Source: Burkholderiales bacterium
Lineage (GTDB): Bacteria; Pseudomonadota; Gammaproteobacteria; Burkholderiales; SG8-39
Assembly (NCBI GenBank): GCA_035554435.1
Contig: DATMJC010000086.1
Location: forward strand, 6,113 to 70,112
Direction: 5' to 3'
Length of the DNA stretch: 64,000 nucleotides
Each line of letters begins with the position of its first letter. Position 1 is the stretch's first letter. A program made the translations under genes and the position numbers. The notes under the pieces are model-generated. The model had not been told where the DNA came from, did no database searches, and saw only the letters and a program-made list of their open reading frames with translations. This document shows, one piece after another, positions 43,773-56,813 of this stretch.

Positions 43773-45165
43773 GTACGAGGACCTGCGCGAATTCATCGAG
43801 CAGGTGGAGGACCTCGGCGCGCTGCGCCGCGTCGAAGGCGCCGATCCGCTCTGCGAGGTCGGTGGCATCACCGAGGTGGCGGCCGGCACGCCTGAGTGCC
43901 CGGCGCTTCTCTTCGATGGGCTGAAAGGCTTTCCGCGCGGCGTGCGCGTCTTCACCAACGCGACGGTGAGTGCGCAGCGCGCGGCGCTCGCGCTCGGCAT
44001 CGACCCGCACCTGCCGCCGATCGACGCGCTCAAACAGTGGCGTACGCGCCGGGCGAATCTCGTCATGCACAAGCCGGTGACGGTGAAGGACGGCCCGCTC
44101 CTCGAGAACTCGGAGATGAAGGTCGTCGACGTCGGCCGCTTTCCTGCACCGGTGTGGCACAAGGACGATGGCGGGCCTTACATCGGCTCGGGCAGCATCG
44201 TCGTCATGCGCGACCCGGATTCGGGCTGGGTGAACGCGTCGATCTACCGCGTGCAGGTGCACGGCAAGAGCCGCGTCACCGTGCAGTTCGATCACCAGGG
44301 CCGCCACGGCGCCATCATCGCGAAGCGCTACTGGGACGCGAACAAGCCCTGCCCTGTCGCGGTGGTGAACGGTCCCGATCCCTCGCTCTTCATCGCCGGC
44401 TTCGAGTACCTGCCGGAAGGCGCCTCCGAGTACGACTTCGCCGGCGCGATCCGCGGCCGGCCGCTCGAGGTGCTGGCCGCGCCCGCTACCGGGCTGCCAG
44501 TACCGGCGCGGGCCGAGACCGTGCTGGAAGGGCATCTCGTTCCGGAGACACTTCCGGAAGGCCCCTTCGGCGAGTTCACCGGCTACTACGCCGCCGACAA
44601 GCGGCCGGCGCCGGTGATGAACGTGGCGGCGATGCACTGGCGCAGCGACCCCATCCTGCTCGGTTCGCCGCCGATGAAGCCGCCACGCTTTCACTTCGGC
44701 TTGCCGTTCCGCGCGGCGAGCATATGGTCGCAGCTCGAAGCGGCCGGCGTCACGGATGTCGTCGGCGCCTGGCAGCACGTCGCCCAGCTCATGACGGTGA
44801 TCGCGCTCAGGCAACGCTACGCGGGGCATTCCAAGCGCGCCGCGCTGATTGCCGCCGCGCAGAGCTACATGGGGCGCATCGTCGTCACGGTCGATGAGGA
44901 CGTGGATCCGTCGAACCTCGCCGACGTCATGTGGGCGATTACCACGCGCTGCGAGCCGTCGGAGCAGGTCGACATCGTGAAAAGCGCGTGGAGCTCCGGT
45001 CTCGATCCGCGCATCACGCCCGAAGCGCGCGCTCGGGGTGAAACGTCGCACTCGAAGCTCATCATCGACGCCTGCAAGCCCTTCGGTTGGCGCGAGCGCT
45101 ATCCGCGCACGTCGGCGCTCACCTCCGAGGAAGCGCGCGCGATCCGCGAAAAGTGGTTTCGCTGA
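43762..45165 (+). CDS. UbiD-family (prenyl-FMN-dependent) decarboxylase
   Basis: 467-aa ORF with a UbiD-like N-terminus (LREFIEQVEDLGALRRVEGADP) and the core block GPFGEFTGYY. Confidence 0.85.
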   Translation: MMNKYEDLREFIEQVEDLGALRRVEGADPLCEVGGITEVAAGTPECPALLFDGLKGFPRGVRVFTNATVSAQRAALALGIDPHLPPIDALKQWRTRRANLVMHKPVTVKDGPLLENSEMKVVDVGRFPAPVWHKDDGGPYIGSGSIVVMRDPDSGWVNASIYRVQVHGKSRVTVQFDHQGRHGAIIAKRYWDANKPCPVAVVNGPDPSLFIAGFEYLPEGASEYDFAGAIRGRPLEVLAAPATGLPVPARAETVLEGHLVPETLPEGPFGEFTGYYAADKRPAPVMNVAAMHWRSDPILLGSPPMKPPRFHFGLPFRAASIWSQLEAAGVTDVVGAWQHVAQLMTVIALRQRYAGHSKRAALIAAAQSYMGRIVVTVDEDVDPSNLADVMWAITTRCEPSEQVDIVKSAWSSGLDPRITPEARARGETSHSKLIIDACKPFGWRERYPRTSALTSEEARAIREKWFR

Positions 45166-45183
45166 TCGCGGGACAGGAGGGCC

Positions 45184-45717
45184 CTACTCTTCGGCCGGCA
45201 GATCCTGTCCGGGAAACAGCGCGTCGTTGAATCCGAACTTGGTGAAGTCGCGGATGCGCATAGGGTAGAGGACGCCGTCGAGGTGATCGCACTCGTGCTG
45301 GACGACGCGGGCGTGGAAGCCGGATACCTCGCGGACGAACCGCTTGCCGTGCTCGTCGTAGCCTGAGTATTTCAGCTTGGTGTAGCGCGGCACCCAGCCG
45401 CGCATGCCGGGGACGGAGAGGCAGCCTTCCCAGCCCTCCTCCATGTCGTTGGCGAGCGGGGTGATGACCGGGTTGACGAGGACGGTGTCGGGGACTTCGT
45501 CGACATCGGGGTAGCGAGGGTTGGCGTGGACGCCGAAGATGACGACACGGAGGAGCACGCCGATCTGCGGCGCGGCGAGGCCGGCGCCGTTGAGGTGCGC
45601 CATGGTGTCGCGCATGTCCTGCAGTAATTCCGCCAGTTCGGCAGTTCCAAAAGTTTTTACAGGCTCGGAAACCTGCCAGAGACGAGGATCGCCCATCCTC
45701 AGCACGTCGCGGATCAT
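45184..45717 (-). CDS. def: peptide deformylase
   Basis: Motifs [18 protein letters not shown] and QHECDHLDG are present. Confidence 0.93.
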   Translation of the reverse strand: MIRDVLRMGDPRLWQVSEPVKTFGTAELAELLQDMRDTMAHLNGAGLAAPQIGVLLRVVIFGVHANPRYPDVDEVPDTVLVNPVITPLANDMEEGWEGCLSVPGMRGWVPRYTKLKYSGYDEHGKRFVREVSGFHARVVQHECDHLDGVLYPMRIRDFTKFGFNDALFPGQDLPAEE

Positions 45718-46466
45718 TTTTTATCGCAGAACTTCTCGAGGATGTGGCGCACGCGCACCATGGCCTGGTCGAGGACTTCGCCGATCTTGTCGAGCGGGAT
45801 GGCGCGCGTGCTGTCGCCGCGGCCGGCGGCGTAGTTGGCGACGACGGCGATGGTCGCGTAGTCGAGGCTCACCTCGCGCGCGAGCGCGGCCTCGGGCATG
45901 CCGGTCATGCCGACGATGGTCGCGCCGTCGCGCTCGAGCCGCGTGATCTCGGCGGCGGTCTCGAGGCGCGGGCCCTGCGTCGCGGCGTAGACGCCGCCGT
46001 CGACGATCTCTTCCTTGCACGCCGCGGCGGCCTGCAGGACGCGCTTGCGGAGCTGGGCCGAGTACGGCACGGTGAAGTCGATGTGATTTACCGGCACGCC
46101 CGCGCCCTCGAAGTAGGTCGACGAGCGTCCCCAGGTGTAGTCGATGATCTGGTCGGGGAGGACAAGCGTTCCGGGTGCGAGGTCGGAGCGGATGCCGCCG
46201 ACGGACGCCACCGAGACGACGCAGTCGGCGCCGGCGTCCTTGAGCGCCCAGATGTTGGCGCGGTAGTTCACTTCGTGCGGCGCAATGGTGTGGCCGTAGC
46301 CATGCCGCGCGAGGAACACGACGTCGCAGCCTTTGATGTGGCCGAAGGTGAGCGCGCCGGAGGGCTCGCCGTAAGGCGTGCGCGCGACGCGCCGCTGAGT
46401 CGCCTCCATGTTTCCGAGCTGCGACAGGCCGCTGCCGCCGATGATCGCGACGAGCGCCATCGTCAT
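45714..46466 (-). CDS. 5'-methylthioadenosine / methylthioinosine phosphorylase family (PNP/MTAP)
   Basis: 250-aa ORF with an MTAP-like sequence (IIGGSG...FLARHG.GH...VNYRANI). Its position next to hpt fits purine salvage. Confidence 0.85.
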   Translation of the reverse strand: MTMALVAIIGGSGLSQLGNMEATQRRVARTPYGEPSGALTFGHIKGCDVVFLARHGYGHTIAPHEVNYRANIWALKDAGADCVVSVASVGGIRSDLAPGTLVLPDQIIDYTWGRSSTYFEGAGVPVNHIDFTVPYSAQLRKRVLQAAAACKEEIVDGGVYAATQGPRLETAAEITRLERDGATIVGMTGMPEAALAREVSLDYATIAVVANYAAGRGDSTRAIPLDKIGEVLDQAMVRVRHILEKFCDKK

Positions 46467-47008
46467 TCCTTCATTGCCCGGATCTCGGGCAGGTTGCGCC
46501 AGTACCCCTTGGCGTCCATGCCGCAGCCGAAGACGAAGCGGTCGGGGATGGTGAGGCCGACGAAGTCGGCGGTGATCGGTCTTTTCTTTCCCAGGTTCTT
46601 CTCCACCAGCACCGCACAGTAGAACTCCTTCGCGCCGAGCTCGAGCAGGCGGTTGCGGATCGCGTTCATGGTCTCGCCGTGGTCGAGGATGTCGTCGAGC
46701 ACCAGCACCGTGCGTCCGCTCACCAGGCCCGGCGGCGACACTTTCCAGTCGACGCCGGCGCCGCGCGTGGCCGCGCCATAGCGCGATGCATGGATGTAGT
46801 CGAAGTCGAGCGGGAAGCGAAGAAGCGGCAGGAGCTGTCCGGCGAATACCACCGCTCCGCCCATGACGGCGAGCACCATCGGGTACGCGCCCGAGAGGCG
46901 CTCGCTGATTTCGGTGGCGACTCGGCGGATGGCGGCCTGGACCTCCCCAGCGCCGGCGACGCCATCGGAATTCTCGAGGAAGGCCCAGGCCTGCTTCAGG
47001 TCGGGCAT
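46463..47008 (-). CDS. hpt: hypoxanthine-guanine phosphoribosyltransferase
   Basis: The PRPP-binding motif VLVLDDILDHGET is present and the 181-aa length fits. Confidence 0.88.
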   Translation of the reverse strand: MPDLKQAWAFLENSDGVAGAGEVQAAIRRVATEISERLSGAYPMVLAVMGGAVVFAGQLLPLLRFPLDFDYIHASRYGAATRGAGVDWKVSPPGLVSGRTVLVLDDILDHGETMNAIRNRLLELGAKEFYCAVLVEKNLGKKRPITADFVGLTIPDRFVFGCGMDAKGYWRNLPEIRAMKE

Positions 47009-47017
47009 GCCTGAAGT

Positions 47018-47883
47018 TTATCGGTTATTCAGATATTTCGTGAATTCAGGACCGATTTCGGGATGCCGCACGCCGAACTCGACGGTGGCCTGGAGGTAGC
47101 CGAGCTTCGAGCCGCAGTCGAAGCGCCGCCCCGGCAGCCGCACCGCGAGCGCGCGCTCCTGCGCGAGCAGCGCCGAGATGCCGTCGGTGAGCTGGATCTC
47201 GCCGCCTGCGCCCGGCGTCACGCGCCCGAGCATTTCGAAGATGCGGTTGGAAAGGACGTAGCGCCCGATCACTGCCAGGTTGGACGGCGCGTCCTTCGGC
47301 TTGGGCTTCTCGACGATGCTGTGGATGCGGGCCGTGTCGCCCTGCATCTTGTCGATGGTGACGATGCCGTAGCTCGCGGTGGCGTCGCGCGGCACCTCCT
47401 CCACGCCGAGGAGCGAGCATTGCTCGCGGGCGAAGATCTCGGCCATGCGCGCGATCGCCGGCGGCTGCGAGTCCATGAGGTCGTCGGCGAGGATCACGGC
47501 GAACGGGTCGTCGCCGACCACCGGCTGGGCGCAGAGCACCGCGTGGCCCAGGCCGAGCGGCTCGGCCTGGCGGATGTAGATGCAGCGCACGCCCTCGGGG
47601 AGCACCGAGCGCACCATGTTGAGCAGGCCGTCCTTGTTCTTCTTCTCGAGCTCGGTCTCGATCTCGTAGGCCTTGTCGAAGTGATCCTCGATCGCCCGCT
47701 TGTTGCGGCCGGTGACGAAGATCATGTCGGTGATGCCGGCCGCCGCTGCCTCCTCCACCGCGTACTGGATGAGGGGCTTGTCGACCACCGGCAGCATCTC
47801 CTTCGGGCTTGCCTTGGTCACCGGCAGGAAGCGGCTGCCGAGGCCGGCCACCGGGAACACCGCCTTCTTAAGCCTTATCTGCA

Positions 47884-47884
<1 letters not shown>
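47018..47884 (-). CDS. galU: UTP--glucose-1-phosphate uridylyltransferase
   Basis: The N-terminus [35 protein letters not shown] is typical of GalU. Confidence 0.93.
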
Positions 47885-50807
<2,923 letters not shown>

Positions 50808-50813
50808 CTGGCC

Positions 50814-53800
50814 CTAGGCCGCGAGCTCCTCCCGCATCCGCAGCGCCTGGTCGATGTCGACGGCCACTACGCGCGACACGCCCGACTCGGGCATGGTCAC
50901 GCCGACGAGCTGCTCGGCCATCTCCATCGAGATCTTGTTGTGGCTGATGAAAAGGAACTGCGTCTGCGCGGACATGCGCTTGACCAGGTCGCAGAAGCGG
51001 CCGGTGTTGGTGTCGTCGAGCGGCGCGTCGACCTCGTCGAGCAGGCAGAACGGCGCCGGGTTGAGCTGGAACAGCGCGAACACCAGCGAGATCGCGGTGA
51101 GCGCCTTCTCGCCGCCCGACAGGAGGTGGATGCTCGAGTTCCTCTTGCCCGGCGGGTGCGCCATCACCTGCACCCCGGCGTCTAGGATCTCCTCACCGGT
51201 CATGAGCAGCTTCGCCTCGCCGCCGCCGAAGAGCACCGGGAAGAGCGAGCCGAAGTGGCGGTTCACGCTTTCGAAGGTCTCGCGCAGCAGCTCGCGGGTT
51301 TCGCGGTCGATGCGCCGGATGGCGTCCTCCAGCGTCTTCACCGCCTCCTCGAGGTCGGCGGCCTGCGAGTCGAGGAAGCTCTTGCGCTCGCGGCTCGTGT
51401 TGAGCTCGTCGAGCGCCGCCAGGTTGACCGCGCCGAGCTCGGCGATCGCGGTGTTGATGCGGGTGATCTCGCCCTGCAGGCTCGAGGGCCGCGGCGCGTC
51501 CTCGGCCGCCGCCGCGAGCGCCGCCTCGTCGGCTTTCGCCTCACGAAGCTGCGCGTCGAACTGCTCGAAGCTGAGCTGAGCCGCCTGCTGCTTGAGCCGC
51601 AGCTCGCCCAGCCGCTCGCGCAGCGGAGCGAGGCGCACCTCCACCTGGAGGCGCGCCTCCTCCAGCTCGCGAAGCGCGCCGGCGGCGGCTTCCACGGCGT
51701 TGCGGGCCTCGCCCATCGTCTTCTCGCAGGAAATGCGCGACTCGACCGCGCTGTCGAGCTCCTGGCGCACGGCGGGGATCGGATCGTTGGCGAGCTCTGC
51801 GTCGAGCCGGGTGACGTCGGCGTCGCCGCGCTCGATCTCGCGGTCGATCAGCTTCACGGAACTGTCGATCTCGGCGATCTTGGCGGCGCACTCGCGCTCG
51901 CCGAATAGCGCGTCCTGCGCCTCGCGCTCGGCCTGCTGCACCGCCACGCGTTGCGCGGCGAGTGCCGTTTCGATTTCCACATGCGAAGTCTGCGCCGCCT
52001 CGCGGCGGCTCCTCGCCTCGGCGATCTCGCCGGCGATGCGCTCCTGGTTGGCGCGGCACTCGGCGAGGGCGGCATTGCCCGTTTCCATCTCGGCGCCGAT
52101 CTGCTCGAGCTCCGCGCGGACCTGCTCGCTGCGCTCGCGGTAGCGCTCCTGCGCCTGCAGCGCCTTCAGCTGCTCGATCTGCGCGTCGTGGTGGGCCTTC
52201 CGGCGCGCGTCGATCTCCTCGCGAGCGGCCTCCAGCGCAGCGTTGCGCTCGGCAAGCTGCGCTTCGAGGTTGTCCAGGTCCTGCTGGGCCGCCACGAGGC
52301 GCATGCCCAGGTCCTTCAGGCGCGCTTCCAAGGCTTCGATCTCGGCCTGCCGCGTGAGAAGCCCGGTGTCCGCCGCATCGGGTGCGTGCAGGCTGACGGT
52401 GAAGTGGGTGAACTGGTGCCCCTGGCGATTCACGAACACCGCGCCGACCGGCAGCGCCGTGGCATCGGGCACGCCCTCGACCACAAACACGCCGCCGAGC
52501 CAGTCGCGCAGCGCGCCCGAAACCGAGGCATCGGCATCCAGGATCTTCGAGAAGAGCGAGTCGAATCCGTGCAGCTCTTCGGGCGCGACGTTGCCCGGGA
52601 GAAAAAGGCTCGTCTTCGACGGCGGCTGGTCGCTCGCCACGGCTTCGAGCTGGTCAATTCCGGAAAGCTCGAGCGCATGCAGGCGCTCGCGCAGCACGGC
52701 TTCCACGGCCGTCTCCCAGCCGGGGGCGATGCGCAGCTTCTGCCAGAGCTGGGCCTGCCGCCCGAGCCCATGGCGCTCGAACCAGTCGCGTAGCGGCGCG
52801 TTCTCACCGCTTGCCTCCTGGATCTGGCGCAGGGTGGAGATCTGCGCCTCGGCTGCGGCGTGCTCGCGCGCGGCCGCGCCGAGCGCTTCGACCGCCAGGT
52901 CCTTGCGCTCTTCGAGATGCGAAACCTGCCTCTGGAACGACTCGGAAGCCGCCTCGACGGCAGCCACCGCTTCCTGCAGCCCGGCGAGGGTCGCTTCCAG
53001 CCCGGAGAGCGCGCCGGCGTCGGGCTCGGCGAGCGTCTGGAGCTCGCTGTCGATCCGCTCGCGGCGCTGCGCGAGCGCATGCCGGCCGCGCTCGAGGTGC
53101 GCGAGGTTCGCCTGCTCGAGCTGGAGCCGGCTCTCGGTCTGCATGAGCTGGCTGCGCGCTTCGTTCAGGTGCTCCTGGCCGGCGCGGAAGGCCTGCTCGG
53201 CTTCTGGAAGACGCTTGTTTTCAGCCTCCAGCTTTTCCCGGGTGTCATGGACTTTCTGCTTGGCGCCCCCCGCTCGGGCGGCCCACATGTGCAGCGCCTG
53301 GGTGAGCTGCGAGCGCTGCTCCCGCCACTGCGCGAGCTGGGCGCGGCGCTCGGTGTGCTGGCTTTCGAGCCTCTGGCGCGTCTCCTCGAGGTGGCGCAAC
53401 TCCGACTCGTGCTTGGCGACGAGCGCGTTCGCCGAGTAAAGGGCGGCCTGGGCGAGGTTGAGCGCGTCGCCGGCGGTGTAGTGAGCGCCGCGGGCGGTCT
53501 CGACGCGCGACTCGATGCCGCGCAGCGCGGCGTTCTCGGCCTCGAGCGCGTTGGTGGTCTTGTCGATGTCCTGGCCCTGGCGCTCGCGCTCGGCAGCGGC
53601 GTCGCGCCGGCGCAGGTACCAGAGCAGGTGCTGCTTGAGCTGCAGGTCGGAATGGAGCTCGTTGTAGCGGGTAGCGACCTTGGCCTGCGCCTCGAGCTTC
53701 TCGAGCTGCCCGGCGAGCTCGAGCCGGATGTCGGTGATGCGGGCGAGGTTCTCGCGGGTGTCGGCGAGGCGGTTCTCGGTCTCGCGGCGGCGCTCCTTGT

Positions 53801-54362
53801 ACTTGGAGATCCCCGCGGCCTCCTCGAGGAACACGCGCAGCTCGTCGGGCTTCGCCTCGATCACGCGCGAGATCATCCCCTGCTCGATGATCGCGTAGGC
53901 GCGCGGCCCCAGCCCCGTGCCGAGGAACATGTCGGTGATGTCGCGGCGGCGCACGTGGGTGCCGTTGATGTGATAGCTCGACTCGCCGTCGCGCTGGAGC
54001 ACGCGGCGCACCGAGATCTCGGCGTACTGCGACCACTGCCCGGCGGCGCGGCCCTGCGAATTGTCGAAGATCAGCTCGACCGAGGCGCGCCCGAGCGGCT
54101 TCCGGTTGGCCGAGCCGTTGAAGATCACGTCCTGCATCGAGTCGCCGCGCAGCGCCGCCGCCCGGCTCTCGCCGAGTACCCAGCGCACCGCGTCGATGAC
54201 GTTCGACTTGCCGCAGCCGTTGGGGCCGACCACGCCTACGAGCTGGCCGGGGAGGTGAATCGAGGTGGGATCTACGAAGGACTTGAAACCAGACAGCTTT
54301 ATTTGAGTTAAGCGCACAGCCTTGTTGTTTGAGTTAGTCGCATCAGCGAAAAATGATACCAT
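50814..54362 (-). CDS. smc: chromosome segregation protein SMC
   Basis: Walker A GPNGCGKSN, long coiled coils, signature LSGGEKALTA and Walker B LLDEVDAPLD are present. The true start may be the GTG at 54317 (VRLTQIKLSGFKSF) rather than the ATG at 54362. Confidence 0.95.
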   Translation of the reverse strand: MVSFFADATNSNNKAVRLTQIKLSGFKSFVDPTSIHLPGQLVGVVGPNGCGKSNVIDAVRWVLGESRAAALRGDSMQDVIFNGSANRKPLGRASVELIFDNSQGRAAGQWSQYAEISVRRVLQRDGESSYHINGTHVRRRDITDMFLGTGLGPRAYAIIEQGMISRVIEAKPDELRVFLEEAAGISKYKERRRETENRLADTRENLARITDIRLELAGQLEKLEAQAKVATRYNELHSDLQLKQHLLWYLRRRDAAAERERQGQDIDKTTNALEAENAALRGIESRVETARGAHYTAGDALNLAQAALYSANALVAKHESELRHLEETRQRLESQHTERRAQLAQWREQRSQLTQALHMWAARAGGAKQKVHDTREKLEAENKRLPEAEQAFRAGQEHLNEARSQLMQTESRLQLEQANLAHLERGRHALAQRRERIDSELQTLAEPDAGALSGLEATLAGLQEAVAAVEAASESFQRQVSHLEERKDLAVEALGAAAREHAAAEAQISTLRQIQEASGENAPLRDWFERHGLGRQAQLWQKLRIAPGWETAVEAVLRERLHALELSGIDQLEAVASDQPPSKTSLFLPGNVAPEELHGFDSLFSKILDADASVSGALRDWLGGVFVVEGVPDATALPVGAVFVNRQGHQFTHFTVSLHAPDAADTGLLTRQAEIEALEARLKDLGMRLVAAQQDLDNLEAQLAERNAALEAAREEIDARRKAHHDAQIEQLKALQAQERYRERSEQVRAELEQIGAEMETGNAALAECRANQERIAGEIAEARSRREAAQTSHVEIETALAAQRVAVQQAEREAQDALFGERECAAKIAEIDSSVKLIDREIERGDADVTRLDAELANDPIPAVRQELDSAVESRISCEKTMGEARNAVEAAAGALRELEEARLQVEVRLAPLRERLGELRLKQQAAQLSFEQFDAQLREAKADEAALAAAAEDAPRPSSLQGEITRINTAIAELGAVNLAALDELNTSRERKSFLDSQAADLEEAVKTLEDAIRRIDRETRELLRETFESVNRHFGSLFPVLFGGGEAKLLMTGEEILDAGVQVMAHPPGKRNSSIHLLSGGEKALTAISLVFALFQLNPAPFCLLDEVDAPLDDTNTGRFCDLVKRMSAQTQFLFISHNKISMEMAEQLVGVTMPESGVSRVVAVDIDQALRMREELAA

Positions 54363-54442
54363 CGTTGTGAAATTTTTCCGGGTCCGGCCGGCCGCTTTTT
54401 CCGGCCGCTTTTCGGGTCCGGCTTCCTCCGATCGGTCGATCG

Positions 54443-54829
54443 ATGCCGTCGCGTCCCAGCAAGACGCTGGAAACGTTTCCCAACCCTGCGCCCGAGCGCG
54501 ACTACCGGATCCACATGGAGATTCCGGAGTTCACCTGCGTCTGCCCGATGACGGGCCAGCCCGACTTCGCCACGCTCACGCTCGACTACGTCGCCGACGA
54601 GCTGTGCGTCGAGCTGAAATCGCTCAAGCTCTACGTCTGGTCCTATCGCGACGAAGGCGCCTTCCACGAGGCGGTGACCAACAAGATCCTCGACGACCTG
54701 ATGCGCGCCACCCGGCCGCGCTACATGAGGCTGGAGTCGAAGTGGAACGTGCGCGGCGGCATCTACACCACCGTCATCGCGGAGCATCGCAAAGAGGGTT
54801 GGCAGGACACCCAGCCGAGCCGGGCGTGA
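54443..54829 (+). CDS. queF: NADPH-dependent 7-cyano-7-deazaguanine reductase (unimodular type)
   Basis: The catalytic block [14 protein letters not shown] and the QueF motif [12 protein letters not shown] are present. Confidence 0.92.
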   Translation: MPSRPSKTLETFPNPAPERDYRIHMEIPEFTCVCPMTGQPDFATLTLDYVADELCVELKSLKLYVWSYRDEGAFHEAVTNKILDDLMRATRPRYMRLESKWNVRGGIYTTVIAEHRKEGWQDTQPSRA

Positions 54830-55977
54830 ATCCCCTGCTCGAAAAGCTGCAGCCCTACCCGTTCGAGAAGCTGCGCCGCCTTCTCGATGGGGCTACGGGC
54901 AACAAGAACCTCAAACCCATAAACCTGCAGATCGGCGAGCCGAAGCACCCGACGCCGGAGCTCGTGACCACGGCGCTCGTCCGGGCGCTCGACGGCCTCT
55001 CGGTCTACCCGCTGACCGCGGGCCTGCCGGAGCTCCGCGAAGCCATCGCCGGGTGGCTGGCGCGGCGCTACTCCATCCCGAAACCCGATCCGGCGACGCA
55101 GGTGCTGCCGGTCAACGGCACGCGCGAGGCGCTCTTTGCCTTCGCGCAGACGATCCTCAGCCCCGGCGAAAACGCGAAGGTCGTGTGCCCCAACCCCTTC
55201 TATCAAATCTACGAGGGCGCGGCGATCCTCGGGGGCGCCACCCCGGTTTACGGCCAGCCCGGGTCGGAAGGCGCTTGGGCAGGGGTTCAGCTCGTTTATG
55301 CCTGCTCCCCGGCCAATCCCAGCGGCGCGGTGATGAGCCTGGAGGACTGGAAGCGCCTGTTCGAGCTCTCCGATCGCCACGGCTTCGTGATCGCCTCGGA
55401 CGAGTGCTATTCGGAGATCTACTTCGACCGCCCTCCTCTCGGTGCCCTCGAGGCGGCGCACAAGCTCGGCCGCACCGGTTACGAAAAGCTGGTTGTCTTC
55501 TCGAGCCTTTCGAAGCGATCCAACTGTCCGGGCATGCGCTCGGGGTTCGCGGCCGGGGACGCGGCGCTGCTGAAGAAATTCCTGCTTTACCGCACCTACC
55601 ACGGCTCGGCGATGAGCTTGAGCGTCCAGCACGCGTCGATCGCGGCGTGGAACGACGAGGCACACGTGGTGGAGAACCGGCGCCTTTACGCCGCCAAGTT
55701 CCAGGCTTCCCTGCCTCTCCTGAAAAAACCCGTGGAGGCGGAAATGCCGGAGGGCGGGTTCTATATCTGGATGCGCACCCCGATCGACGACGCCGAGTTC
55801 GTGCGGCGCCTGTACATCGACACGAATGTCCTCGGTCTGCCCGGTAGCTACCTGGCGCGGGAAGAGCACGACGGGAGAAACCCGGGCAGGAACCGGGTGC
55901 GGCTTGCGCTCGTCGCCCCCTTGGACGAATGTGTGGAAGCGGTAAACCGGATCAGCCAATTCGCGAGGCAGCTATGA
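54826..55977 (+). CDS. dapC: succinyldiaminopimelate transaminase
   Basis: The GTG at 54826 overlaps the queF stop (GTGA). The N-terminus is [15 protein letters not shown] and the PLP-lysine block [14 protein letters not shown] is present. The gene sits directly upstream of dapD. Confidence 0.85.
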   Translation: MNPLLEKLQPYPFEKLRRLLDGATGNKNLKPINLQIGEPKHPTPELVTTALVRALDGLSVYPLTAGLPELREAIAGWLARRYSIPKPDPATQVLPVNGTREALFAFAQTILSPGENAKVVCPNPFYQIYEGAAILGGATPVYGQPGSEGAWAGVQLVYACSPANPSGAVMSLEDWKRLFELSDRHGFVIASDECYSEIYFDRPPLGALEAAHKLGRTGYEKLVVFSSLSKRSNCPGMRSGFAAGDAALLKKFLLYRTYHGSAMSLSVQHASIAAWNDEAHVVENRRLYAAKFQASLPLLKKPVEAEMPEGGFYIWMRTPIDDAEFVRRLYIDTNVLGLPGSYLAREEHDGRNPGRNRVRLALVAPLDECVEAVNRISQFARQL

Positions 55978-56786
55978 AGGACACGATCGAGAAGGCCTGG
56001 GAGGAAAGAAGCGCCCTCAATCCAGGAAACGCTCCGCGCGCGCTGCGGCAAGCCGTCGACGAGGTTATCGCCGGCCTCGACTCGGGCAAGCTCCGGGTGG
56101 CCGAGAAGTCGGGCGGCGAGTGGATTACCCACCAGTGGATCAAGAAAGCGGTGTTGCTCTCGTTCCGGCTGGAAGACAACCGCGTCATGGACGCCGGGGT
56201 GACCCGCTACTACGACAAGGTCTCTTCCAAGTTCACAAATTTTGATGCGGCCCAATTCGCCGCCGGGGGCTTCCGCGTCGTACCGCCTGCCATGGCGCGG
56301 CGCGGAGCGTACCTCGCGAAGAACGTGGTCCTCATGCCCTCCTACGTCAACATCGGCGCCTACGTCGACGAGGGCACCATGGTCGACACCTGGGCTACGG
56401 TTGGCTCCTGCGCCCAGATCGGCAAGAACGTGCACCTCTCGGGCGGGGTGGGCATCGGCGGGGTGCTCGAGCCGATCCAGGGGAACCCGGTGATCATCGA
56501 GGACAATTGCTTCGTCGGGGCGCGCTCGGAGGTGGTCGAAGGCGTGATCGTCGAAGAGAACAGCGTCATATCCATGGGCGTATTTCTCGGCCAGAGCACC
56601 CGTATTTTCGACCGCGCCACGGGCGAAATCCTCTACGGGCGCGTCCCCGCGGGCTCGGTGGTGGTTTCGGGCAATTTGCCCTCTCCCGACGGCAGGTACG
56701 GCCTGTATTGTGCCGTCATCGTCAAGAAGGTCGACGCGAAGACCCGGGCCAAAACCAGCCTGAACGAGCTGCTGCGCGGCGACTGA
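55974..56786 (+). CDS. dapD: 2,3,4,5-tetrahydropyridine-2,6-dicarboxylate N-succinyltransferase
   Basis: Internal ATG with an ATGA overlap to dapC. The DapD N-terminal domain and hexapeptide repeats are present. Confidence 0.92.
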   Translation: MKDTIEKAWEERSALNPGNAPRALRQAVDEVIAGLDSGKLRVAEKSGGEWITHQWIKKAVLLSFRLEDNRVMDAGVTRYYDKVSSKFTNFDAAQFAAGGFRVVPPAMARRGAYLAKNVVLMPSYVNIGAYVDEGTMVDTWATVGSCAQIGKNVHLSGGVGIGGVLEPIQGNPVIIEDNCFVGARSEVVEGVIVEENSVISMGVFLGQSTRIFDRATGEILYGRVPAGSVVVSGNLPSPDGRYGLYCAVIVKKVDAKTRAKTSLNELLRGD

Positions 56787-56813
56787 CGCAAATACAAGAA
56801 GACGGGGGACAAG

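Noticed and set aside
54363-54442. Possible preQ1 riboswitch or other leader element upstream of queF.
   Set aside because: The 80-nt region is the smc/queF divergent promoter. It shows only GC-rich direct repeats (CCGGCCGCTTTT, twice). I saw no compact hairpin-plus-A-rich-tail pseudoknot of the kind I would expect for a preQ1 aptamer. A covariance-model search would be needed to be certain.
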